NCBI GenBank assembly: GCA_045863855.1
Contig: BTVV01000044.1
Coordinates: forward strand, 1-46,097
From: Planctomycetota bacterium
Lineage (GTDB): Bacteria > Planctomycetota > SZUA-567 > H5-PLA8
DNA length: 46,097 nucleotides
Direction: 5' to 3'
Shown here: in pieces, positions 16,368 to 25,441 of the stretch
How the letters are laid out: every line of letters begins with the position of its first letter
Numbering within the stretch: position 1 is the first letter of the stretch
Notes under the pieces: generated by a model
Databases searched by the model: none
What the model saw: the letters and a program-made list of their open reading frames with translations, nothing else
What the model was told of the DNA's origin: nothing
Made by a program: the position numbers and the translations under genes

Positions 16368-16693
16368 TACGAGTCCATCCACTTCTCGAACTCAATCGCG
16401 AGCTGGCCTTCCAGCCTGCCCTTCCACTTCATAAAATCCGCTTGGCCCACGTCCTGAAGTTCTAAAATCGCGAAGCTGTCGCGTGCAAGCCCCGTCACTC
16501 TAAAGTTGGGGTGACTCATCTCAATGGGGAAGTCCCAGCTTGTACGCAGATCCGAAGCCGAAAGCGGCACCACCTTGTAATGGGGCGGGTTCGCCTCAAC
16601 CACTACCCAAGGACGGGGATCGGTGCAGTTTCGGAAGGGGATGTTGCAGAGCCAGACATCAAGATACGCGGGAAGCCTCGGGGTACGGCTCAT
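16367..16693 (-). CDS. PemK/MazF-like toxin
   Basis: DVWL.NIPF.....PRPWVVV, VVPLS, TGL.RDS. Confidence 0.7.
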   Translation of the reverse strand: MSRTPRLPAYLDVWLCNIPFRNCTDPRPWVVVEANPPHYKVVPLSASDLRTSWDFPIEMSHPNFRVTGLARDSFAILELQDVGQADFMKWKGRLEGQLAIEFEKWMDS

Positions 16694-16946
16694 AAGGGCA
16701 ATCCATATGCTTGCGGTCTTCTTCGGTAAAGACCGGCCGGCCCTTCCAGGTCTTACTGGCCTTCACGATCTGCTTCGCCAGCGCGCCCGGCAACCTGGCG
16801 GCGGCCGCTTGCGCGGACGCCTTGTCCGGATAAATTCCCGCTTGCTCCCCGCGGTGCAACACCACGTATTCCCACGGGTGCCGGACGAACAGGGCGAGCA
16901 CCATGTCGCGGTAAGCCTGCGTGTTGCGTTCCAGTTCGCTATTCAT
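16659..16946 (-). CDS. DUF5678-like protein, probable cognate antitoxin
   Basis: AY..M...L...HP.EYVVLH.GE..GIY.D...A; overlaps the toxin start. Confidence 0.55.
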   Translation of the reverse strand: MNSELERNTQAYRDMVLALFVRHPWEYVVLHRGEQAGIYPDKASAQAAAARLPGALAKQIVKASKTWKGRPVFTEEDRKHMDCPYEPYPEASRVS

Positions 16947-17052
16947 CGTGCACCCTCTATAGCATTAACGGTCAAAAGGTGTGATTTTTCAATCCAAAAC
17001 GCGGTCTAGACCGATTTTTCGCACACTTCGCCATGTGCTGCACGGTGCGGCC

Positions 17053-18360
17053 TCACCGCAGCGCCGCCGGCGTCCCGTCCACCTCGTGCGGAAGGATCGC
17101 CGCGTAGTGCTCGCGGACCATGTTCGGGCTGTTCCCCAGGTACGACGCCACCTGCTCCACACTCAGCCCCGCCCGCAATAGCAGGCTCCCGCACGTGCGC
17201 CGGCCGATCCGGCAATCGGGCGTAAAACCCAGCTTCAACCCCGCCGCCGCGAAGGCTTCGCGCAACGCCTCATTGAAGCGCCGGTCGAAGTTGAGCGGGT
17301 TCTTCCACGGCTTCACCCCGTCGGCGTGCTGGCGCTCGAGGCTCGGGAAAGCGAAGTCCGTCTCCTGCATGCGCCGGCGCAGGACCTTGCGCACGCTCGC
17401 CGGCACGTTCAACGCCGACCGCCGCGGGCCGGTCTTCAAGCCAAGGTGCTCGAACGCCGCCAGCGTCAGCCGTCCGAAGTCGTTGCTGAAGTTCTCGCGG
17501 CGTAAGGTCAGCAGCTCGTGCGGCCGCAAGCCCAGCCCCACCTGCACGCGGAAGCAATCGGCGAAGTATTCGGGCAGGTGCTGCGCGACGGCCGCGGCTT
17601 GGGTCTTCGTCAACCAGCGGATTCCGCCGCGCGCCGCACGCAGCTCGATGATCTTGGCCGAAGGCAGCAGGCCGCGGTCCAGCTTGACGTGGGAATCGTC
17701 GAGGAAGCGCAGGATGTAACCGCGAAGCTGCTGCCGGCGCCCCGCCGAAACCTTCAGGTCATGCAGCCAGGCGTGGATCTCGCGTTCGCGGCCGACCAGG
17801 TCGTCGACCAGGGCGAGCGGCCGGAAGGCCTTCACGAAGAGCGCCAGATCGTTGCAGACGTTCTTGCGGTGCGCGGGGCTGCCGCTGCGGAAATGCTCTT
17901 TCCACTCCCGAAACGCATCCTGCAACGTCGGGCTCGGGCCGCTGCGCACCTTCGCGCCCTTCCAGTGCTCCGCAATCTTGGTCAGGTCCTGGACCTTCGC
18001 ACGGAGCTGCGCGTTCTCGAGCTTCAAGGCTTCCAGCTCGGCGAGCAAACGGGCCTCGCGCGCCGGATTGCCCGCGCGCCGCTGGCCGGGTGCGCGCACG
18101 GCGCCCTTGCCGCTCACGGCCGCGCCCGGCTGCCCCCACGCATCGCGGACCACTTCGCCGGCATCGTCCGGCACGGCCGACCAGAGCGCCGGATCCATGA
18201 AGATCCGATTCAGCCACTCCAAGTTGCGCCCCGCCGCCGCGCCTTCGTCGCGCTCTCCCAGCACCGCCCGCACCGTGCGCTTGGTCAGCGGGTGCTTGAA
18301 GCGCACGACGTACTGCGCGCCTTCCAAGAGCATCCGGAGCGGCTTGCGTGTTCGACCCAT
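17053..18360 (-). CDS. int: Tyrosine recombinase / phage integrase
   Basis: GLRPHELL.L (R), LKT (K), RIGRRT (HxxR variant), LGNS and HY (catalytic Tyr); adjacent to the tRNA att site. Confidence 0.92.
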   Translation of the reverse strand: MGRTRKPLRMLLEGAQYVVRFKHPLTKRTVRAVLGERDEGAAAGRNLEWLNRIFMDPALWSAVPDDAGEVVRDAWGQPGAAVSGKGAVRAPGQRRAGNPAREARLLAELEALKLENAQLRAKVQDLTKIAEHWKGAKVRSGPSPTLQDAFREWKEHFRSGSPAHRKNVCNDLALFVKAFRPLALVDDLVGREREIHAWLHDLKVSAGRRQQLRGYILRFLDDSHVKLDRGLLPSAKIIELRAARGGIRWLTKTQAAAVAQHLPEYFADCFRVQVGLGLRPHELLTLRRENFSNDFGRLTLAAFEHLGLKTGPRRSALNVPASVRKVLRRRMQETDFAFPSLERQHADGVKPWKNPLNFDRRFNEALREAFAAAGLKLGFTPDCRIGRRTCGSLLLRAGLSVEQVASYLGNSPNMVREHYAAILPHEVDGTPAALR

Positions 18361-18456
18361 GCGAGACACCCCCCGCGTCCCGATCGCGCGCCAGAGGCCC
18401 CGGAAACGCGCGCGCGGGCTGTCCTCGGCGAGCGCCTCCCAAGTCCACGAACGGAG

Positions 18457-18480
18457 CGATAGGTTACGCGAATAGGTTAC
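18457..18480 (+). repeat. Putative integrase arm-type site (tandem TAGGTTAC)
   Basis: CGATAGGTTACGCGAATAGGTTAC; partner at 1382-1405. Confidence 0.75.
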
Positions 18481-18564
18481 AGAAAGCGCCAAACCTGCGC
18501 AAGCCGCGAACCCAAGCGGCCTCGTCATGATCCCATAAAGCCTTTCGGCTACTTGGTTTTAAGA

Positions 18565-18650
18565 TGGTGGGCAGGGAGGGATTTGAACCCCCGTAGACTT
18601 TCGTCGACAGATTTACAGTCTGTTGCCTTTGACCGCTCGGCCACCTGCCC
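18565..18650 (-). tRNA. tRNA-Tyr (GTA)
   Basis: GGGCAGG acceptor stem, ACAGA-CTGTAAA-TCTGT anticodon arm, long variable arm, GGTTCAAATCC T-loop, encoded CCA. Confidence 0.97.
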
Positions 18651-19008
18651 AGGTGGGACGCGTGGGGCTACCGGCCCCTTGGTGAGGAGTTCTGTTCATA
18701 CTCGCCGCGGCGGAAGTTTCAAGCGCGGGCGCGGGTTTTCGACGCAGGGCGGCTTCGCGTTCCAGACTTCACTGACTGTACATCCTTCCTGAGCGCCACT
18801 GGGTATCTGCGGTTGCGCCCACGGTCCGAATGGCCCTCCGCCGGGTGAGTCGGTTCGCGGCGCCAGCCACTCAAATGTGGAGTGGCGTGTCCGCAATCGA
18901 AGGGTCATCGCCTAAGGCCGAAAGGTCATGGGCGGCGGACGACAATGGAACTCGTGGAAAGGGAGGGCATGGATTAGGTTACGCGCTGGGGCGGCGGAGA
19001 GCGTACGC

Positions 19009-19440
19009 ATGGGCCAAGACCTGGTCGAACGGTTGCCGGAGCACCCCGATTTCGCGGGGTTGCTCGACGCGCTGGCTTACGACGCGGACGGGCTGGTGAC
19101 GGTGGTAGCTCAGGACGCGGCGAACGGCGAGGTGCTGATGGTGGCGCACGCCAATCGGGAGGCGCTGGAGTTAAGCGCCGCGACGGGGCAGATGCATTAC
19201 TATTCGCGTTCGCGAAAGAAGCTTTGGCGCAAAGGCGAAGTAAGCGGGCACACGCAGCGGCTGTTGCGTTTGAGCTTCGATTGCGACGGCGACGCGGTGG
19301 TGGCTCAGGTGGAGCAGGTGGCGGGCGCGTGCCACCTGGGTTATCGTTCGTGCTTCGCGAATCGGTGGGATCCGGCAGGCGGATACGTTCAGGCAGGCCG
19401 CAAGGTTTTCGATCCCCAGACAAAGTACGGACGTGCGTAA
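19009..19440 (+). CDS. hisI: Phosphoribosyl-AMP cyclohydrolase
   Basis: YYSRSRKKLWRKGEVSGH, DCDGD, ACHLGYRSCF. Confidence 0.95.
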   Translation: MGQDLVERLPEHPDFAGLLDALAYDADGLVTVVAQDAANGEVLMVAHANREALELSAATGQMHYYSRSRKKLWRKGEVSGHTQRLLRLSFDCDGDAVVAQVEQVAGACHLGYRSCFANRWDPAGGYVQAGRKVFDPQTKYGRA

Positions 19441-19452
19441 AGCGAGGGTTCG

Positions 19453-20484
19453 ATGGGATTCCCGACGGTTCGAATGCGGCGGCTGCGGCGCACGGACGGA
19501 CTGCGCCGGATGGTCCGCGAGACGACCCTGCACACCGACGATCTGATCGCTCCGCTTTTCATCGGCGAAGGCGAAGGACAGCGCAAAGAGATCGAGTCGA
19601 TGCCGGGCGTCTACCGCTTCAGCCTCGATACGGTCGTCGAGGAAGCGAAGCTTTTGCAGCGCCTGGGCATCGCGGGATTGCTGGTCTTCGGCGTGCCGAA
19701 CGCGGACGACAAGGACGCCGAGGGGACGCAGGCTTGGGCGAGCGACGGGATTGTGCAACGCGCGTTGAAGGCGCTGCGCGAGGCGTGCCCGGGGATGGTA
19801 CTGATCGCGGACGCGTGCTTCTGCGAATATACCGATCACGGGCATTGCGGAGTGCTGAACCGCAAGAAGGAAGTCCAGAACGACAAGACGCTGGAGCACC
19901 TGGAACTGGTGGCGTTGAGCCAGGCGCGTGCGGGCGCGGATATCATCGCACCGAGCGGGATGATGGACGGGATGGTCCAGGCGATTCGTACGGCGCTGGA
20001 CGAAAACGGCTATCCGGAGATCGCAATTCTTTCGTACTCGACGAAATTCAGTTCGGCGTTTTACGGTCCGTTCCGCGAAGCGGCGGAGTCGACGCCGCAG
20101 TTCGGGAACCGCAAGCAGTACCAGATGGAAAGTGGAAACGCCCGCGAAGCGATCCGCGAATCGCTGCTCGACGCCGGCGAAGGCGCGGACATGCTGATGG
20201 TGAAGCCGGCGCTGGCCTACCTGGACATCATCCGGCGCATTCGCGAGCAGAGCGACTTGCCGCTGGTGGCGTACAACGTTTCGGGCGAGTACAGCATGGT
20301 CAAAGCCGCGGCGCGGAAGGGTTGGATCGACGAGAAGGCGGCGGCGATCGAGATCCTGCACGGGATCAAGCGCGCGGGCGCGGATCTGATCATCACCTAC
20401 TGGGCGAAGGACATGGCGGGTTGGTTGAAAGACGAGCACGCGCCGCTGCCCGAGAAGGCGGCGCCCTCCAAGGACGAACACTGA
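19453..20484 (+). CDS. hemB: Porphobilinogen synthase
   Basis: [42 protein letters not shown]. Confidence 0.97.
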   Translation: MGFPTVRMRRLRRTDGLRRMVRETTLHTDDLIAPLFIGEGEGQRKEIESMPGVYRFSLDTVVEEAKLLQRLGIAGLLVFGVPNADDKDAEGTQAWASDGIVQRALKALREACPGMVLIADACFCEYTDHGHCGVLNRKKEVQNDKTLEHLELVALSQARAGADIIAPSGMMDGMVQAIRTALDENGYPEIAILSYSTKFSSAFYGPFREAAESTPQFGNRKQYQMESGNAREAIRESLLDAGEGADMLMVKPALAYLDIIRRIREQSDLPLVAYNVSGEYSMVKAAARKGWIDEKAAAIEILHGIKRAGADLIITYWAKDMAGWLKDEHAPLPEKAAPSKDEH

Positions 20485-20515
20485 GCGCTAAGCGGCGCAT
20501 CTCAAGGAACCGAAC

Positions 20516-21022
20516 ATGAAGTGCCAATTCCCCGACTGCAACCGCCAGGCGACCGTGCACCTGACCGAATTGGCCGATTCGGGCAAGAAGGAGATTCATC
20601 TCTGCGAGCAGCACGCGGCGGAGATGGGCGTGCCGGGGCAGAAGTATTTCTCGGCGACGGATCTGCTCGCGGGGATCGCCAAGGCGCAACAAGGGACGCA
20701 GAAGGATCTGGAGAGCGGGACGAAATGCCCGCACTGCGGGATGACGCTGAGCCGGTTCCAGGCGTCGGGGCGCTTCGGCTGCGCGAGGTGCTACGAGACG
20801 TTCGAGGAAGAGATCGCACCGCTGGTGGAGCGGATTCACGACAGCGCACAGCACGTCGGCAAGGTGCCTCCGCGCGTACCGGCGAAGGCGGCGTTGACGG
20901 TGGAAGCGCGGCGGATTCAGCTCGAGCTGAACAAGACGGTGAAGCAGGAAGATTACGAGAAGGCGGCGGGGCTGCGCGACCGGTTGAAGAAGATCGAGTC
21001 GGAGCTGGCGGGTAAGAAGTAG
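20516..21022 (+). CDS. McsA-like UvrB/UvrC-motif protein
   Basis: Cys pairs, HLCEQHA, CPHCG...GRFGCARCY, HVGKVP, EDYEKAAGLRD. Confidence 0.88.
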   Translation: MKCQFPDCNRQATVHLTELADSGKKEIHLCEQHAAEMGVPGQKYFSATDLLAGIAKAQQGTQKDLESGTKCPHCGMTLSRFQASGRFGCARCYETFEEEIAPLVERIHDSAQHVGKVPPRVPAKAALTVEARRIQLELNKTVKQEDYEKAAGLRDRLKKIESELAGKK

Positions 21023-21143
21023 GCGGACGAAGGCTCCTTTCAAAATTCTACGTTAAAGTGCAGAATGCAGGGCCACGACGTAACGGCATGCTATTGAGCG
21101 CACTTCGCGCGGCGTTGATGGTTCATCACCCCTGCCTCTCTAT

Positions 21144-21863
21144 TTACCATTCGCGCTCGCAGGCTCGCGCGGCAGCAGCCAAGAGCGTGCCGATCTCGCG
21201 GACGCGGGTGTCGTTGAGGGCTCCGAGAGTTCCACCGACGGCGAGGGCGCCGACGACAACGCCGTCTCGGCGCAGCGGGGCGGCGAGGCGCTGGCGGTCG
21301 CCTTGGGGTCCGACGCAGTAGCCGTGCGCGGCGAGGCGGGCGCATTCGGCGCGGTAACGCGCCCAGGTCGCTCCGGGCGGCGCGGGCTTGCGCGAGATGG
21401 CGCGGCGCCACTGCGCGCCGCTGAGACAGAAAATCCCCCACGGCGCTTCGAAAAGCCCTTTGGTCACGTGCCCGGGTTCCTGGAGCACGAGGGAATCCGG
21501 ATGAAGCACGCGCTCGAGGCAGACGGAGCGCTTGCCGTCCCAACGGATCAGGAGGACGGTGTTGCGCACGTCGTCGCGGAGGCGTTCGAGGTACGGCCGG
21601 GCGATGCGGCGGAGCCGGCTGTCGAGGTCTTCGCCGCCCTGGAGCGCGGCGAGTTCGGGGCCGGGGCGGTAGCGCCCGGTCTCGGGGTCTTTGGCCAGCC
21701 AGCGCAGATCGGTGAGAGCGCCCAGGAGGCGCGCGACGGTGGCCGACGGGAGTTTCATGCGCCGGCCGATCTCGTTGAAGCCCAAGCCGCCGGGGCTTGC
21801 GGCGATTAGGCGTAGGAGGCTCAGGCCGCGGTCGAGCGAGCGGGGCGATTCGTGGGTACTCAC
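21144..21863 (-). CDS. IclR family transcriptional regulator
   Basis: SLDRGLSLL, HTH LP.ATVARLL..L, ARPYLERLRD. Confidence 0.9.
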   Translation of the reverse strand: MSTHESPRSLDRGLSLLRLIAASPGGLGFNEIGRRMKLPSATVARLLGALTDLRWLAKDPETGRYRPGPELAALQGGEDLDSRLRRIARPYLERLRDDVRNTVLLIRWDGKRSVCLERVLHPDSLVLQEPGHVTKGLFEAPWGIFCLSGAQWRRAISRKPAPPGATWARYRAECARLAAHGYCVGPQGDRQRLAAPLRRDGVVVGALAVGGTLGALNDTRVREIGTLLAAAARACEREW

Positions 21864-21969
21864 ACTAATGTTACTAACCTACAATATTGACGCCGTCCAG
21901 TCCCAAGCCGGGTATGATTCTGCATGGCCGCGGCCCGTACGCGCCGCCGAACGTCCAGGGAGCCTCGCG

Positions 21970-23313
21970 ATGGCCGATCCGCGCCGCCCGAACCTGCTAT
22001 TTATCTTTGCCGACCAGCTCCAGGCGTTCTGCCTGGGCCACATGGGCGACACGGCCGCTCGTACGCCGAACCTGGACGCGCTGGCCGCCGATGGCGTGGT
22101 CTTCCGCAACGCGTACAGCGATTCGCCGGTCTGCACGCCGTACCGGGGCTGTCTGATGACCGGGCGCTACCCGACGCAGACGGGGGTGCGCGGGAACGAG
22201 GACGGCCCGCGGGCGGACGAGCGCTGCCTGGCCGAGCGGATCGGCCGGCGCGGCCTGACAACGAGCTACGTCGGCAAGTGGCACCTCTACGCCACAGGCA
22301 ACGTGCCGGTCCTGCCGCAGCAGCGCTGCGGCTTTCAGCGCTTTATCGGGTATCAGGCGTACAACGATTTCCTGAACGACGTCACCTTTTTCGACGAGGA
22401 AGGGCGCGCGCGGACGTTCGAGCGGCACCGCACGGACGCGACGACGGACCTGGCGATCGAGCGGCTGCGGGAAATCCGCGACCGGCGCTGGCTGCAGATG
22501 GTCAGCTACCAGAACCCGCATTATCCGCTGCAGCCTTCGCCCGAATTCGAAGCGCTGTTCGCGAACACGGCGATCCCGAGGCGGGCCAACGTGCGCGAGC
22601 CCGAGCGCGTCTTCACGCCGACGTTCTCCCCGTTCAGCCCGCGGCCGATGGAGCGCGATCCGAATTACCACCGCTACGGAAAGAACCTCGACGCGTTCCT
22701 GCGCTGCTATTACGCGATGGTCGCGCAGCTCGACTGGCACGTCGGGCGACTGATCGCGGAACTGAAGCGGATGGGGCTGTACGACGAGACTGCGATCGTA
22801 TTCACCAGCGATCACGGTGAGATGGCGGGTAGCCACGGGTTGATGAACAAAGGCGCGGCGTGGGAGGAGTCTTCGCGCGTGCCGCTGATTGTGCGGCTGC
22901 CCGACGGACTGCGCGGACACACGGTGGAGACACCGGTCTCTGCGGGCGTTGACCTGTACGCGACGCTGCTGGAGTTGGCCGGCTGCGGCGCGGATCCGCG
23001 CGCGGCCGGGAAGAGCATCGCGGCGCTGGCACGCGATCCGGAAACACGCACGCACCGGCCGATCTTTGCGGAGTACGGGGATTGGGTCTTCGTGCGCGAC
23101 GGCGACCGGAAGCTCGTGGCGGCGCGCGAAGATCTGCGGCCACGCCAGTTCTTCGATCTGCGCAGCGATCCGTACGAGTTGAACGATCTGGTGCTCGCGC
23201 CCGAACTCGCAGGCGAGCGCGAGCGGCTGTCGGGGCTGTTGGCGGATTGGCGGCGCAGCATGGGGGTGGAAGTGGGCGGTGGATTGCAGCTAGCGAAAGC
23301 GGTTGAACTTTAA
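21970..23313 (+). CDS. Sulfatase (formylglycine-dependent)
   Basis: PNLLFIFADQ, CTPYR (CxPxR), MTGRY, GKWH, FTSDHG. Confidence 0.95.
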   Translation: MADPRRPNLLFIFADQLQAFCLGHMGDTAARTPNLDALAADGVVFRNAYSDSPVCTPYRGCLMTGRYPTQTGVRGNEDGPRADERCLAERIGRRGLTTSYVGKWHLYATGNVPVLPQQRCGFQRFIGYQAYNDFLNDVTFFDEEGRARTFERHRTDATTDLAIERLREIRDRRWLQMVSYQNPHYPLQPSPEFEALFANTAIPRRANVREPERVFTPTFSPFSPRPMERDPNYHRYGKNLDAFLRCYYAMVAQLDWHVGRLIAELKRMGLYDETAIVFTSDHGEMAGSHGLMNKGAAWEESSRVPLIVRLPDGLRGHTVETPVSAGVDLYATLLELAGCGADPRAAGKSIAALARDPETRTHRPIFAEYGDWVFVRDGDRKLVAAREDLRPRQFFDLRSDPYELNDLVLAPELAGERERLSGLLADWRRSMGVEVGGGLQLAKAVEL

Positions 23314-23534
23314 CGGCAAAGGGCAAACGGCAAGAACCAAGTATACGTCAAACTTCAAATCAATAAGCCTTTCCCACGATAAGCGACACGGGAAGTGGCG
23401 ATCGCTCGCACTTGGTCTCCTTACAGTACCTAACAAATTCTAACGCCCTCGCTTGCAATCCCATGGCGCATAGGTCTGAATAGCGGATTCGCATCCGTGC
23501 GCAGGTTCCGTTTGGTCTAACGAAAGGGCCCTCC

Positions 23535-24947
23535 ATGTCTTCGAAGGTCGTCGGTCGCAGTTCCGGTTGGGTGGCGGCTCCTGAGCCTTACACGAAAAAC
23601 AAGGGCACGTGCGGGCACAAGCGAATCTGCTTCGTGGGCGCATCTTACAAGTTCGTCCACAAGGTCCTGCGCGACATGCTGCTGGTGGGCGGTTTTCAGG
23701 ATTGCGAGTTGGTGGTCCACGACATCGATCCGGATGCGATGAACCTGGTGGCCGATCTTTTGGAGAAGATGGCGCGCCAGAAGAAGACGCGGATCCGGGT
23801 GCTGCGAACGCTGGACCGCACCGAAGCGCTGAAGGGCTGCGACGCGGTGGTGCTGAGCATCACTATCGGCGGGGACGAATCGGATGCGCGCTCGGCGGAG
23901 GTAGCGCTGAAGTACGGCATCCCCACTGGGATTGGGGACACGCTGGGGCCGGCGGCGCTGGCGCGAAACCTGCGCACGATTCCGTTCTGCGACCGGCTGA
24001 TCCGCGAGATGGAAGACTTGTGCCCTCGCGCGGCGATGCTGAATTTCACCAATCCGATGTCGGCGCTGACGGGCGCAATGGCGCGTCGGCGCAGCATTCC
24101 GGTGTACGGGCTGTGCCATTCGGCCGACGAGTTGTTCCGGTACTTCGCCAAGGTCTTCAAGTGCCGCAAGCAGGACGTCGAACTGGAGATCGGCGGGGTC
24201 AATCACCAGGCTTTCGTGACGCGGCTGTGGATCAAGGGCAAGGAACGCACGTCCGAGATCCTCGCCGAGACGGCGCGCTCGGACGCGCTGCTGGAGGACG
24301 GCCTGAACGCGCACCGCGAGACGGTGCGCTTGCAGCAGGACGTCTGCCGCGTGCTGGGCGCGTGGCCGAGCACAGGCGAGGATCACCTGGCGGAGTTCTA
24401 CCCGTTCTGGCTCAACAAGCGCCGGATGCAGCAGTTCGCGTTCCCGCAGCGGCACGAATTGAAACCCGGCCGGCCGACGCACGGGAAACGCAAGTGCCCG
24501 GAGATCATCAAGTATTGGGCGCACGGACCCGAGCCGGTGGGCGACTTGCATCTGCTGACCACCGAACACGCGCACGAGCTTTTGTGGGCGCACTTCACGG
24601 GCGAACCGTACACGCGCGTGCTGAATATTCTAAACGAGGGCGAGTACATCCGTGGGCTCTCGAAGAACGCGTGCGTCGAGGTGCTGGCGACGGTGCGCAA
24701 AGGCAAAGTGACCGCAAAGCCGGTAACGCTCCCGACGGCGGTGCATTCGCTGGTCGAGCGCTGGACGGCGATCCACGAACTGTCGATCCGCGCGGCGCTG
24801 AGTTGCGACCGGCAGCTCGCGCTGCAAGCGCTGATGCTCGACCCGCACGTGCACGACTTCTACGACATGGAGCCGATGCTCGAGGATTTCATCACTTACC
24901 TGGAGCCTTGGCTGCCGAAGAAGTGGCAGAAAGCCGCTAAAGGCTGA
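23535..24947 (+). CDS. Family 4 glycoside hydrolase (NAD+-dependent)
   Basis: GDTLGP..LARNLRTIP, NFTNP, GLCH, GVNHQ, H.AEF. Confidence 0.9.
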   Translation: MSSKVVGRSSGWVAAPEPYTKNKGTCGHKRICFVGASYKFVHKVLRDMLLVGGFQDCELVVHDIDPDAMNLVADLLEKMARQKKTRIRVLRTLDRTEALKGCDAVVLSITIGGDESDARSAEVALKYGIPTGIGDTLGPAALARNLRTIPFCDRLIREMEDLCPRAAMLNFTNPMSALTGAMARRRSIPVYGLCHSADELFRYFAKVFKCRKQDVELEIGGVNHQAFVTRLWIKGKERTSEILAETARSDALLEDGLNAHRETVRLQQDVCRVLGAWPSTGEDHLAEFYPFWLNKRRMQQFAFPQRHELKPGRPTHGKRKCPEIIKYWAHGPEPVGDLHLLTTEHAHELLWAHFTGEPYTRVLNILNEGEYIRGLSKNACVEVLATVRKGKVTAKPVTLPTAVHSLVERWTAIHELSIRAALSCDRQLALQALMLDPHVHDFYDMEPMLEDFITYLEPWLPKKWQKAAKG

Positions 24948-25045
24948 GCGTCGGCGGGCTTTTCGGCGTTGCTCCCCTCCCCGCTCCTGCGTAAGCTGCC
25001 TGCGTCTTCATGGACCCTACAGGCAGCCTTCACGGAGGTTTATCG

Positions 25046-25339
25046 ATGCGCGCACTTGTCCCGATGCTTTTTGTGGCCGCTCTGCTGGCGTTGTCGGCTC
25101 CCGGCTTGGCCGCCGAAGAAGAAGCCGCTCCCGCGGCGCCGGCCGCTGAAGAAGCCGCACCGGCAAAAGAGGAGCCCGCTGCGGCGCCGGCTCCGGCGGC
25201 CGAACCCGCACCCGCTCCGGCTCCGGCGCCCACTCCACCGCCTGCGGGAGGCATTCGCGGGCAGGCCGAGGTGATCGTGAAGCGCTATAAGGATGTGCCG
25301 GGGATCGAGAGTCCCGCCGCGCGCAAGCCGGAACGCTAA
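25046..25339 (+). CDS. Small secreted Pro/Ala/Glu-rich protein
   Basis: Signal-peptide-like N-terminus, EEAAPA repeats, GGAGG RBS. Confidence 0.65.
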   Translation: MRALVPMLFVAALLALSAPGLAAEEEAAPAAPAAEEAAPAKEEPAAAPAPAAEPAPAPAPAPTPPPAGGIRGQAEVIVKRYKDVPGIESPAARKPER

Positions 25340-25441
25340 AGCCAAACATGAGCGCTCGCGCCGTGCGCGCTTTCAATCGGTTAGGTATGGCGCGGCGTTC
25401 TCTCGTTTCACGATCTACCCTATAGCCGGTAGAGTCTTGTC

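Larger units (their letters stand above)
1271..18618. mobile_element. Integrated phage-satellite-like element or reduced prophage (~17.3 kb) in tRNA-Tyr
   Basis: 55-bp direct repeats, adjacent tyrosine integrase, capsid, terS-like, TAC and TMP-like genes, accessory cargo. Confidence 0.93.

Noticed and set aside
14240..18360. Classical integron interpretation of integrase plus small genes
   Set aside because: I saw no attC-like RYYYAAC...GTTRRRY sites and no IntI-type features; the integrase is explained by the tRNA att site.
17053..18528. 491-aa version of the integrase from the ORF track
   Set aside because: The extension runs through the arm sites; the ATG at 18360 aligns with the start of the paralog at 11411 and is preferred.
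1271..18618. Complete inducible prophage, or a DGR/retron-bearing element
   Set aside because: No recognisable terL, portal, tail tube or lysis genes, and no reverse-transcriptase motif in any ORF.
18553..18792. 79-aa ORF over the att/tRNA region
   Set aside because: It is an antisense translation of tRNA-Tyr.
18972..18985. GATTAGGTTACGCG, matching the arm-site motif, outside the element
   Set aside because: It is a single copy beyond the tRNA in the hisI upstream region; it could be a -10-like hexamer or chance, so it was not used to define boundaries.
24336..24348. Partial match to the element palindrome (CAGGACGTCTGC) inside the GH4 gene
   Set aside because: The symmetry is broken and the match is explained by codons (QDVC).
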